Assembly (NCBI GenBank): GCA_964016885.1
Contig: OZ024741.1
Coordinates: forward strand, 154,814,001 to 154,878,000
DNA length: 64,000 nucleotides
Source of the DNA: Eledone cirrhosa
Taxonomy: Eukaryota
Direction: 5' to 3'
Of the stretch, positions 52,186-64,000 are shown piece by piece; position 1 is the first letter of the stretch; each line of letters begins with the position of its first letter. Made by a program: the position numbers and the translations under genes. Below the pieces are notes generated by a model that saw only the letters and a program-made list of their open reading frames with translations, ran no database searches and had not been told where the DNA came from.

Positions 52186-55100
52186 ATTCCGAGACTACTA
52201 CAGATAATACACTAATTAAACTTAGAAATTGACCAATCATGAACAAGTAAATGTTGGTCGATAACAGCATAACTTTAAACTGAAAACTTCAGTTCAGCGA
52301 GGTCTCTCAGCCGAGAGACAGGGTCAGTTCGCTGTTCTCACAACGTAAGTTCAGTAGAATGTTTTCAATAGAGAACACGTTTTAATCTGCTGTCCTCACA
52401 AAAGCTTTAAAGTCGCCTAAAGTTTCCTCACAGAGTGAACTCGCTTACTAGTCGTTTTCAACATGCATCCAGTTCTACAGACAATTCTAAATAAGAACAC
52501 GTTACATTCTGTTGTACTTTGCACAGAAAATATAACGCCTGTAAAGTTTCGACTACTAACAAAGGTAATTTTGTATTCCATGCATACACTATAAACTTTG
52601 CCACACAATTATGTATTCATTTGATGACATCTGCATTCACAATTGAGAAATTACTTTATACAATAAATATATATGTCCACAAACATTTGACTAAACTTTA
52701 TTTGTTCCAATCTAATATATGTTTAACGCAGCCTAAAGCCTTCTTATATTATATCTAACTTTGAAGGTTGACTTTGCCTTTCATCCTTACAGGGTCGATA
52801 AAATAAAGTACCAGTAATGCACTGGCTAAATTGCTGGCCTTGTGCCTAAAGTAGAAACAATTATATCTAACTTTGAGTCAAAATAGATAGAAGATATCTG
52901 AATTAATTTCCAATACCATCGTCACATCTTCTACACTATCAGCTGATTTGCATTTTTTTGCACCTTTTGGCGGATATTTAAATATATTTACATTACCAAT
53001 AATATTTAATACGACCCTAAAGTAGTATATGCAGGAAGTGCTGGACTCTGAAAAAGATTTCTTCTAGTTGTTTATAAATTTGCACCTTTTTCAGTAACCC
53101 CTAATATTTTAATATTATTATAAGACTTTAAATAATATGTTTGCCATCCTAAAATGGAGAAATTTCAATTTTTAAAAATTAAAAATTTTTTTTAACTAGT
53201 TAAGTTTTTCCAAATATCTAAAATTAAAGTTAATTTAAGTACTTTTTGTAATAAAAAAAACTTAATTTCTCTTGTTTATTAATGTCATATTAAAAATGTT
53301 AACTGTAGATAAATAACCTTGATATGATGTCTACTGCAAAGAAGCTGAAGTTAGATACCAGCAGTAAGGTTAGACAGTGGTGTGATGATTATGTTAGATA
53401 TGGATTTCAAAAAGCTGACACTAAAAAAGATACACCAGATCAGCCCATGTGTTTGCTATGTTCAAAAGCTCTATCAAATAGCTGTTTAAATCCTGCAAAA
53501 CTTAAAAGACACCTTGATACTAATCACACCAATGATAAAAGCAAGTCACTGGAATACTTTACTTCGCTGAAAAACAACATCAAAAAATCACAAGCTAATA
53601 TGTATGACTTGTTTTGTAAAAAGTCAGATAGAAATAAAGCTTTAACAAGAACATCTTTTGAAATTTCACATTTGATTGGTAAAAACAAGAAACCATTTAC
53701 ATTAGGAGAACAGTTAATTCTGCCAAGTATAAAAATTGCTACAGAGAATCTTTTTGAAAGCTGCAGTATTAAGGACAAAGAAAAATTAAGCCGGTTACCA
53801 TTGTCAGCAAATACCGTAAAAAGAAGGATAATTGATATTTCTTCTGATATAGAAAATCAGATACTAGCTGCACTAAAGAAAAGCACATGTTTTGGTCTGC
53901 AAGTGGACGAAACTACGGATATTAATAACAAGGCTCAATTAATTTGCTATGTACGGTTTGTAGACCTTGATAAAAAAGAATTAGTAGAAGAGTATTTGTT
54001 TTGTCTGGTATTAAACATCACAACTAAAGGTCAAGATATATTCAATAAAATTGAAGAGTATTTTTTAAAAAATGGTGTATCTTGGAGCAAGTTGACTTCA
54101 ATAACAACAGATGGAGCAGCTGCAATGACTGGTAAAAATTCTGGTTTAATTGCAAAAATTAAAGAACAGACCCAAATTGTATTTCAAATCATTGTATGAT
54201 TCATTGAGAGGTTTTGTGTTAAAAAAAAATTCAAAGACAGAGATGCTCAAATATTAAATGACCAGTTGAAAGACATTGTCAAAATTATCAATTTGATCCA
54301 TGCAAGAGCAAACAATTCTAGAATGTTTGAATCTATTTGTGAATCTTCTGGAAGTAATTATAATAGATTGTTATTGAACAACGATGTGCGTTGGCTGTCT
54401 TTTGGGGATGCTATGAAGAGAGTTTTTGAACTGAGAGAAGAAATAATAGTTTTTCTAAAAAAACAAAATGATGAAAGAGCAAGTGTATTAGAAACCAATG
54501 AATGGAATGTGCAACTCGCTTATTTAGTAGACATTTTTGGTGAACTGAACAAACTAAATAAGTGTCTTCAGGGTAACAATGCAGAAATTTTTACTTCAAT
54601 CAATTTTATTACATATTTTCAATCAAAATTAAACATCTTTATAAAAAAAATTGAATCGGGCAATTACTCATTACTTTCAAACCTTGAAATAGAGCTTAAA
54701 AAGAGAGAAGATTTTTACTCCAGCAATCTAAAGAAGATTATTCTTTCTCATTTAAATGTGCTTTCCACAAGTTTTTCAGATTATTTTGACTTGATGGAAA
54801 AAGATATTGTTAACGGAAATTTATGGATAAAAAACCCGTTCACCGAGATCGAGCAGTTAGTGTCAGAAAAGGACGCTGGAAATTGTAAAAATTTACTACC
54901 TGCACAATGCTTACATCAGTTGATGGATTTGAATTCAAACGAAGACCTGAAAGTGATATTCGAAAATAGAAAGAAAGAACTATGGATCGACTTATTCTTG
55001 ATTGGTAGTTTAATGAAATCAGCCAACTTGCATTGAAGTATTTGACTTTATTCCCATCTAGCTACTTGTGCGAAGGGTTTTCGCAGTTGGTAGAAATCTG

Positions 55101-55371
55101 CACAAAGAAGATGAATAAACTGTCAGCAATTGACGAGTGTATGAGACTGGCATTAACTAGTGTTGAACTTCGATTTTCTAAATTCACTGATGAGTCGCAG
55201 CAGCAGAAAAGCCACTAGTTAATTGTGTTCGATTACATACACACGCATGAAATACTAAAATAAATAAATACTTTTTTATTTAAAAAAAAAAAGTTTTGTA
55301 TTGTATAGGTTCCGTGAAGAATTCAAAATATTTAGAGGGTTCCTCGGTTTTAGAAAGGTTGGTGACCACTG
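52186..55371 (+). mobile_element. hAT (Buster/Charlie-type) DNA transposon, left end missing
   Basis: Right TIR AAAGGTTGGTGACCACTG followed by GCCTAGGT (nnnTAnnn-type site), with a transposase inside. The left boundary is approximate. Confidence 0.85.
53324..55218 (+). pseudogene. Buster-type hAT transposase (ZBED5/ZBED8-like), frameshifted
   Basis: BED finger (CLLC..LKRHLDTNH), VDETTD, TDGAAAM, HCMIH in a shifted frame, VRWLS, FPSSYLCE.GFS; in three pieces. Confidence 0.92.
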
Positions 55372-56966
55372 GCCTAGGTAACAGAAATTATCAACTACTT
55401 CTGATCCCTCTGGGAATTTAAAGGAGCTAGTATCCTGTGGGCTCTTGCTACTGCTATGCCTGTGCAACAAGCACATATAAAACCAGCATTCTTTGCTAGC
55501 CCACCTGAAATCCCACTACATCTTTTATGTACCCATAGTTTGCATTTGGACCATTTCCTCGGGGGAATCTAGACCCATGTTTTCCTTTCTACGTCTTCCT
55601 TTTTTCCTTTCTTGGTCTTTGCCAAGTTGACTTTAAGACCTATAGATTCTAGGCCTTGCTTCTAGATTTGGAACTTCTCTAGTTTTGCCAAAGCTTTAGC
55701 TATAAAGGTTAGGCCATCTGCATACAGAAGTTCCCATGAGCAGCTAGTCTTAAACTCTTCTATTATAGGCTACAGAACGATGATAAACAGGAGAGGGCTA
55801 AGAACAGAGCTCTGATGGACACCTACCGGCTGATTGTTCCTATATACATGGCTTGTACAGGTCTGAAGTTATGAAGTTCACCAGAAGAGTGAAAGGAAGA
55901 AGATGAAAACTTGAGAGGGGGAGTGAGAGACGAGGTGGTGTTGGTTTTCCATGTCTAAAATAGAGAAGAGTGTTTGTGTGATTGTCCAGAGATGGATGGT
56001 GGGTTCATATTCATCTCTAGGAATGCTCCAGCTTTGTATTCCATTTGACATACAGAATAACGGTCAGGCCCATAAACACCAGTAGTAGATGTAGTAGTTG
56101 TTATTGTGATAGATATTCAGTTAACAGTTACAAGATATTTGTGCTGCTGTGTTTTGATTGGTCTAGGTAGGTATGGTGGCATGTGTGGGTGGGAGAGAGG
56201 GAAATGGGGGATGATTGAAAACAAGTTTCTATATCTGTATATCTGCTTCTTTACATTTATAAGCATATATGATGTGAGACGTAAGGTGAAGTGAGAGAGT
56301 GCAATGCTATGAGGGACTTTGTTTGTTTTTCTCTATAAAATAGTAACTCAGTGCAAAAGAAGGAACAAACAGAGAAAAATTAAGATTGACAAGAAAAAGT
56401 AATATGAAGAAGATAAATTATGAGACCTGTAGGTGTGGTGTGGGAGAAAATGGGGATTTTAGCTGGGAGAATATATCCAGTAATACATCCAGTAATCCTG
56501 GTATTTATGGCATACCAATCCTGGGCTCAAAAAATTAATTACATTATTGTTGTCATTAGTGATAGCACAAGTCTACTAATATATCATCATCATCATCATC
56601 ATCAATGTTTAACGTCTATCTTCCACGCTTGCATGGGTTTAGATGGGAATTGTCCCGCTTGAGGCAAGATTGGTCGTCTTGCTTGTATAGGACTGTCTGG
56701 CAGGTTTTCTACGGCTGGATGCCCCCTTCCTAACACCAAAGACGTTTACAGTGTGGCCTGGGAGGTTTTTACCATGTTACCTACATGGCCACATTGCAGC
56801 GTGGACTGTGTGTTGTTTTTGTCGTGACACCTACACGACCTCATTTATTTAGGACTGGATGTTGTGGTACCAACATAACATTACAGAGAAAGGGGTGGTG
56901 TTGATGGGGGTGGGGGTGGGGGAGTTGGGGTAGTGGGATGGGGGTGTATATTTGATTAAGAGGTGC

Positions 56967-57002
<36 letters not shown>

Positions 57003-57068
57003 TATCCCAGATTCAATTGGGGGTAACCACAGTAAGGTACTCAATACATAGCAGAGTATAAATATTTA

Positions 57069-57174
57069 ATATAGAAATGGCTTCTACGGGACTAGAACGG
57101 TTTCATTTGGGAGATATCATCCATGATTTGTCCCGAATGAAACAGTTCTAGTCCCGTAGAAGCCATTTCCATAT
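57069..57174. repeat. 106-bp imperfect palindrome with truncated minimal HHR halves (single-arm relative at ~41916-42025)
   Basis: Centre at 57121/57122; GATGA..GAAAC(A/C)GTTCTAG. Confidence 0.85.
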
Positions 57175-57265
57175 ATATATATATATATCAGATAGGGTAT
57201 GGTAAAAAAAACAGATGGACCATAACCCACCAGAATACTCGATACTTGGGGTAGTAGAGTGGGTA

Positions 57266-57381
57266 ATATGAAAAGATTCAGGACCCTGACGGCTGAGCTC
57301 CAGCCGTTTCCTCAGCTAAATCTGAACTAGATCTCGAAGCGGCTGGAGCTCAGCTGTCGGGGGTCCTGAATCTTTTCATAT
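57266..57381. repeat. 116-bp imperfect palindrome made of the HHR stem III/I half of the 4681 family
   Basis: Minus strand GAAACGGCTGGAGCTCAGCCGTCAGGGT. The flank 57190-57265 is the reverse complement of ~4790-4868. Confidence 0.85.
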
Positions 57382-57443
57382 ATATATAGAATAAGGAAAA
57401 TGAGAAGTTCATTGTAGATGTTAAAGAGTTCTTTGTTAATAAA

Positions 57444-57524
57444 ACTGTGATACATATTTCAATGACCATTGTGGTTACGTGATTGTTCTATCATGTAACC
57501 AGTCACATGATCTCATCAGACAGC
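57444..57524 (-). ncRNA. Type I HHR with extended stem II (inverted partner)
   Basis: GCTGT-CTGATGA-[TGGTTACATGAT/ATCACGTAACCA]-GAAATATGTATC-ACAGT. Confidence 0.78.
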
Positions 57525-57652
57525 ATCATTATGTAATAATTGTTTCTACTTTTGGCACAAGGCCATCAATTACTCAGTACATTACTGGTACTTTATTTTA
57601 TTATGTAATATGGCCACATCATTATGTAATAATGTAGCCATATTACATAATG

Positions 57653-57737
57653 AAGTTGTCTGATGAGATCACGTGACTGGTTACATGACTGAACAATCAA
57701 GTAGCCACTATGGTCATTGAAATATGTATCACAGCTT
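57653..57737 (+). ncRNA. Type I HHR with extended stem II
   Basis: AAGTTGT-CTGATGA-[52 nt; TGGTTAC/GTAGCCA]-GAAATATGTATC-ACAGCTT. Confidence 0.78.
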
Positions 57738-58349
57738 TATTAGTAAAGGATTCTTTAACATCTACAATGAACTTCACATTTTCCTTATTCTAAATATACT
57801 CCACCAATCTCATTTGGAAGAAGTAACATGACGTTGAGTGCTTGAATTGAATTACATTATTGCTTACTGATTTGTGTGTTGCATACGCAACCCCTTTTAG
57901 TCAGCATGTCTACCGTAACTATATATTTATATATATTAATACACTAGCAGGGAAAATGGACGTTTGATGATGATGATGCATATATATGTATATCCAGGAA
58001 AACAGACATTAAATAATGATTATATATATGTACACATTAGTATGGAAAATAGACATTCAATGATAATGATGTATATATATATATATATATATACTAGCAG
58101 GAAAAATGGACATTGAATAATGTTTACCATATATACTTGAATATAAGTCAACCCTTTATTTTATGTCTGAGAAATGGACAAAAACCCAAACCCCATTTAT
58201 AAGCCAAGGCAGCTAATCAACACATTATGTTTAGATGGAGTAATTTTGAAATTTTCATGAGTATAAAATATATTTATGAAGTTTTAATATTTTGATATTT
58301 AAAATGTTTTAAGTATCATTTAGAGTATAGTTTTTGTTTCACAACTCCA

Positions 58350-59545
58350 TTATGTAGGTGTAGAGGAATGGCTTGTGAGGACAGTGCAAGCTATGTACAG
58401 AGGTGTTGTCAGTAAAGTGAGAGTAGGAATGGAGTTTAGTGAGGAATTCCAGATACAAGTAGGAGTAACATCAGGGTTCGGTCCTCAGCCCACTCTTATT
58501 CATTATAGTACTCCAAGCCACAACAGATGAGTTTAAGACTGGCTGCCCATGGGAACTTCTCTATGCTGACAATCTGGTACTTATAGCAGAATCAGTAGAA
58601 GAGCTAAAGAATAAATTCTTGCTACGGAAACAGCAGTTGGAATCAAGAGGACTGAGAGAACCTAGTTAAAACTAAAGTGTTGATAAGTAGGAAAGAGGAC
58701 AAAACTCTGATTCCATCAGGGAAATGGCCATGTTTGATATGTAAAAAAGGGGTTGGCATAAATTCTATAAAATGTACACAATGTAGATCTTGGGTATACA
58801 AGAGGTGTAGTGGGATAGCAGGCAAACTAACAGGTAGGGAAAACTACATATGCAGTAGATGTTCAGGGAAATTTTATAGTAGAAGTGGCAGTGATAGACA
58901 CTTTTTCAAATGCAGGTAGGATCTATAGAGGTGGTTGATAGCTTCTGATACATAGGGGATCAGATTAGCAAGGGAGGAGGGTGCTCTGAGGCCATAGTAT
59001 CTAGAATAAGGATGGGTTGGAAGAAGTTTAGGGAGCTGCTTCCTCTGTTGACAAAGAAAGGTTTCTCCCTACGAACGAAAGACCGGTTATATGATGCCTG
59101 ATGCTGAATGGTAGCGAGACATGGGCAGCAACTGTGGAGGATATGCAATGGCTGGAGAGAGATGAAGCAAGCATGTTCCGATGGATGTGCAATGTCAGTG
59201 TATGTGAATGACCAAGCATAGACGAGTTGAGAGAGAAACTGTATAAGAAGGATAAACTGTAGTGTGCAGGTGAGAAGACTGTGTTGGTATGGACTTGTGA
59301 TGTGCATGGAGGATGGCTGCTGGGTAAAGAAGTGCCAAGAAATCCCAGTGGAAGGAAGCTGAAGTAGAAGAAGACCACGAAAATCATGGGCGAAGGTGGT
59401 GAGAGCTGATCTCAGATCACTGAAGCTCACAGAGGTGATGACAAAGGACCGTGACGAATGGAAAGATGATGTGCTGAAAAGGACCCGTCCCACTCTTGCA
59501 AGCAAGGAAAAGCAGGCGTAAAATGATGATGGTGATGATGATGAT
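58350..59545 (+). mobile_element. Decayed RTE LINE with the PHD insert
   Basis: GKWPCLICKKGVGINSIKCTQCRSWVYKRC..CSRC, with a (GAT)n tail. Confidence 0.88.
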
Positions 59546-61192
59546 TATTATAAAATGAGTTTCCATTATATTAAGTTTCAACAAGTTTCTTGAATTTTTG
59601 TTTACATTCGGGCATTCACATGCTAGGAATACTTTGAAAGCAAGAGATCAAATAAGAGAACTTTGTATTGGGATTTGTAGAGTAGAAGAGGGATGGAGAG
59701 ACAGCAAGTGAGGGAGAAGAGAGATAGGGCAAGAAAAAGAGAGGGAGAGAACAAGATGGGAGAGAGAATGGGAGCAATAAAATCAAATCAGTAGTAACGT
59801 TGAAAGAAAAATATTGTCCGAGAAAAACATGTATGTGTGTGTGCATGTGTAAAGATTGTTGGAAATATTTTCAAGCGAATGCATAATTAACATCAACGAT
59901 GATGTAGTAAATGTAGAAAAACAGTGTTTCATTGTGAAATAATCACTCCAGATATTTTAACACCTTATTTATATAGAATTTGAAGTAGGTGAAAATCATC
60001 CAAATATTGACTCTGAATATAAGCCAACCCGCCTCCATTTTACCATCGATTTTTTAGTCACAAATTCCTCTGCTAAATTCAAATATCTACAGTATGATGT
60101 ATATGGATAATGATCAATTGGTGAAGAAATGCCTGGAAATGCCAGTGGAAGAAAGCCACAGTAGAGGACAACCAAGAAAGTTCAACCAGAGGTTGTGAGA
60201 GCTGACTTTAAACTGCTAAGATTGGCAGAGGAGATGATGAAGGAACACGACAAGTGCTGAGAAGGACCTGTCCACCTCATGCAAACATGGAAAAGCGGAC
60301 ATAAAAACGATAATGATGATGATGATGACGAAATATATATATATTGGTTTCCATCTGTCCATGGTGGGGCTGATAACATTGTTATACCTCGATGTGTCTT
60401 GCTCAAGGACACAACACATCACCCGGTCTGAGAATCAAACTCACAACCTTACGATTGCTCCATTTTACTCAGCTGTAGAAATGAGTTGTGACATCACTGG
60501 TGCCAAGCTGTATCGGCCATTGCCTTTCCCTTGAACATCATCAGTAGCATGGTGAAGTAAGGCTGGTATGATTGGGTGACTGATGGTCTTCCACAAACAA
60601 TCTTGCCTGGACTTGTACCTTGGAGGGACACTTTCTAGGTGCAAATCCCATGGTCATTCATGACCGAAGGAGGTCTTTACCTTTTACCTCAATGTGGCTT
60701 GTAGAGATGGTGTGAGAAGGTAGTGAGTGCTATAGTTTTTGTGCTAGATGGTCATTGCGTAAAGCATCCTTGAAGATTCTACTCAAACTACAGAGTCATA
60801 TGTATATGTGTGTGAGTGTATTGAACAATGAAAAAAAAAAGAAAGTTGATAGGTTGTTAATTAGTTCATTGTTTTAAGATCATTTCAGATGTTTGATTGA
60901 TCATAGTAGATCAATATATCAACTAGCAGGTAATGGTTATGTCGCTACCTGTTTCTACACACACACACACACATATATATATATACATACATATATATAT
61001 ATATATATATTAAGTGGTTGTAATTCTACACTAGCAGAAACATTTGTCAGTTTAATAATGCTTTAAATCTTTGGAGTTTCTAAACTTAATGTATAACAGC
61101 TCTGCATTACTCCCACTGTATTGAGTTTTATATCAACCTGTAAATGAGTTTAACTACTCCCGTTAATATTATAACTTTAATATTAATACAGC

Positions 61193-61254
<62 letters not shown>

Positions 61255-61459
61255 AGTAACTCAGAGGTAAATAATAGATATCTGTCTTCACAGGTTTGGG
61301 TTCATTTTCTAGCAGGATTGATAAAATGCTCAACCCTTTTGATACCATACCATCTGAAACTGCCGCTTGTTTTATGATAGAAAACTTTTTATTTTAATAC
61401 ATTTATATGTATCTAGAAACTGACATCATATTTTCATGTAAAAACCTTTGTAAAAGAAC

Positions 61460-61742
61460 ACTGCCTCAGTATAGTCACAGTCATGTGATTGAAACGAGTT
61501 ATGGATGCATGTCTGCAGACTAATGACTGAAAGCAGTAAGAAAACAGTGCTCTTGTATGGCAAGAGTTTAATGACTGAAACCATTAAAACAAAAATGCCC
61601 CAGCATGGCCACAGTTTGACTGAAACTAGTAAAAGAACAGTACCCTAAAATGGTTGAAGTTTAATGACTGAAACCAGAAAACCAACAGTGCCCCAGCTTA
61701 GCCACAGTCAAATGACTGAAATCAGTAACAGAATAAAAGACT
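61460..61742 (+). repeat. Tandem degenerate copies of a CR1/SINE-type 3' tail
   Basis: About 6 units of GCCCCAGCATGGCCACAGT..ATGACTGAAAC..GTAAAAGA, similar to 18922-18977. Confidence 0.7.
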
Positions 61743-62006
61743 ATCTAATTCTCAATATACTTAATATGAAATAATTAATGGGAGATCTCTTGCCTGAAGT
61801 GAGATAAATATATTACAGTAGCAGTGCCATAATAAACGGTAAACAGTAAATGGTAAATAGTGATACATTTGTCACAGAATCGGTGCCAGCTGGTTCTGTA
61901 AACCAACTTATCTCCACAGCTGTTCAAAGTGTCAAAACAATATGATATATTGGCATTATACAACAAAGACACACACACATATTGTATATAATATATATTA
62001 TATATA

Positions 62007-62072
<66 letters not shown>

Positions 62073-64000
62073 TTATTATTACCATCATGCTTTGTTTGCT
62101 TTCCACTCTGCCATATATATATGTTTGTGTGTTTCCGTGTGTGTATTTTTAATTTGACTAATAACTGAAACCATGACTGTAGTCTGTGTGTGGGTGTGTA
62201 TATATATATATATCATCATGATATATGTATCATTATCATCATCACTGTTTAACATCTATTTTTCAATTCTTCCGGGTTAGATGGGTCGTGCACATTATGA
62301 AACAAGTCTGGCTAGCTGGCCGTGCCATACCTTGCTCAAATTGTATTTGCCGTACCTTGCTCTAACTGTATTTTGGCTGGGATTTTTACAGCTGGTTTCC
62401 CTTCCTAACACCAACCAAGCTTACAGTGTGGGACTGGGTGGTCCTATAACACACACACATATATATATCATCATCATCATCCTAGCATGCAACTTCAATG
62501 GACATGTTGGGCAGAATCAGGATGAATATACTGGAGTACACAGTGGCTATGGTTATGGTTTGAGAAATGAAGACGGAGAAGGCTCCTAGAATCCTACAAT
62601 GTAAATAAACTAACAATTACGGCGCTTTGCTGTAACTCTTTCTCATAACTGTCTCACATCTCATGTATGTGCCCCAAAAAACAAGGCTCTGTAAAATCAG
62701 TATGCTAAAATTTATATGTATGTTTGTAGGCATAAACTTGTTCTCTACTATGTCTGTGTGTTAGTGACAAGTGAGAAAAACTCATCACACTGCCCAAAGT
62801 TGAGATTGTTGGCTAGATACCCACTCAGTGGAATCTATCTAGTGCTGGGGTCTCAAATTTGTTGAAGATGAATAGCCATTGTGTTCCTGAGCATAAGTTT
62901 TGTTTGTCCTCTGTAGTCTTTGTTACAAATGTTTTGATAAAGAGGTGAAATTGTTTTTTTATGTTAAATCCCAGTGGGACGAAGACCACGAAAAACATAG
63001 GTGTTGGTGGCGAGAGCTGACCCTAGATCGCTGAAGCTCACAGAGGAGATAGCGAAGGACGTGACAAATGGAGAAATGCTGTGCTGAAGAGGACCTGTCT
63101 CACCCTTGCAAGCAGAGAAAAGTGAATGTAAAATGATGATGATGATGAGGATAACATTAAATATAGTGAAGTCTATATGCAGATGTGTATAAGTTCATTT
63201 ATTTAACGTTTGATTGTGTAGGAATCACACTACCTAATCATCAACCCCAGCAAAATATATATAGAGGCTAAATAATAAACTTATACACAACTTTATATGG
63301 CCTTCCCTATATTTAATGTTCTGTACGCTCTGACTTGTACTACCTATACAAAAGTGGATTTATGCATGTCATCGAGCACTTTATTTACATCAACATTGTC
63401 CGATAAGAGTGTGGATTGCACAACTCTGGTCGGTAACTCCTTATTAAAATTATACCATCACCATCATCATCACCGTTTAATGTCCATTTTTCCACACTGG
63501 CATGGGTTAGATGTATAATGACTCACACGTCACACACATGTGTATACATAAAACATTCTGGTAAACACAGTCAGAATACTGTAATATATTTACTTTATAT
63601 ATATATTTACTTTATATATATATTTACTTTATATATATATTTACTTTATATATATGTGTGTGTGTTTATGTCTATCTGTGTATGTTCGTATGTATCTATG
63701 TATAATGTCTATATGTGCATGCTTCTATGCACATTTGCACATACATACACACACATATATATATATACACATACACATATGCACATAAATATGTATATGC
63801 CCCCCATGCACATGCACACAAATACACACACATATACACACATGCATATCCATATATAATCATTAGCTGTCTGACCTTTAAAAAAGAAATCAATTGTTGT
63901 ACAGTTTAGTTTTCCAGTTTGTGTTTCCTGTTGTTGTAAATCAAACATTTCTGGCTGTTTCTTCCTGCCAGAACCTTGCTGTTTGTCCTTTACAATTCTA

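Larger units (their letters stand above)
57387..57792. repeat. ~150-bp-arm inverted repeat with two HHRs and a SINE B fragment inserted (TSD TTATGTAATA)
   Basis: Arms at 57387-57538 and 57641-57792. The element continues to ~57920. Confidence 0.92.

Noticed and set aside
53324-55218. Domesticated ZBED-type host gene
   Set aside because: Frameshifts, stops and a retained TIR indicate a dead transposon.

Overview
AT-rich, repeat-saturated animal genomic DNA. It is most likely an octopus or other coleoid cephalopod, inferred from the SINE/LINE families and the (TA)n load; this is not provable from the sequence alone. No host gene can be called with confidence; there are only a few weak minus-strand exon candidates near 50.3 kb and 61.8-64 kb. 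Almost all ORF-track entries are microsatellite or antisense artefacts. The real coding content is decayed transposons: two Penelope-like elements (PLEs, RT+GIY-YIG, Naiad-type signatures); a full-length Gypsy LTR element with a -1 slippery site and pseudoknot; RTE LINEs with a PHD finger inserted in the RT; CR1, Tx1/L1-like, R4-like and Hero-like fragments; a Buster-type hAT; and a Helitron fragment. There are also two tRNA-SINE families and TTAA MITEs. The most striking unannotated signal is about 20 intact, variant or decayed type-I hammerhead ribozyme (HHR) motifs. They belong to many unrelated small non-coding elements that sit in or beside (TA)n tracts. These elements are often folded back into 100-630 bp near-perfect palindromes with a ribozyme on each strand, and several have greatly extended stem II or core variants. 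The best interpretation is a diverse population of PLE pseudo-LTR-derived or retrozyme-like mini-elements. All structures were paired by eye; none were computed.
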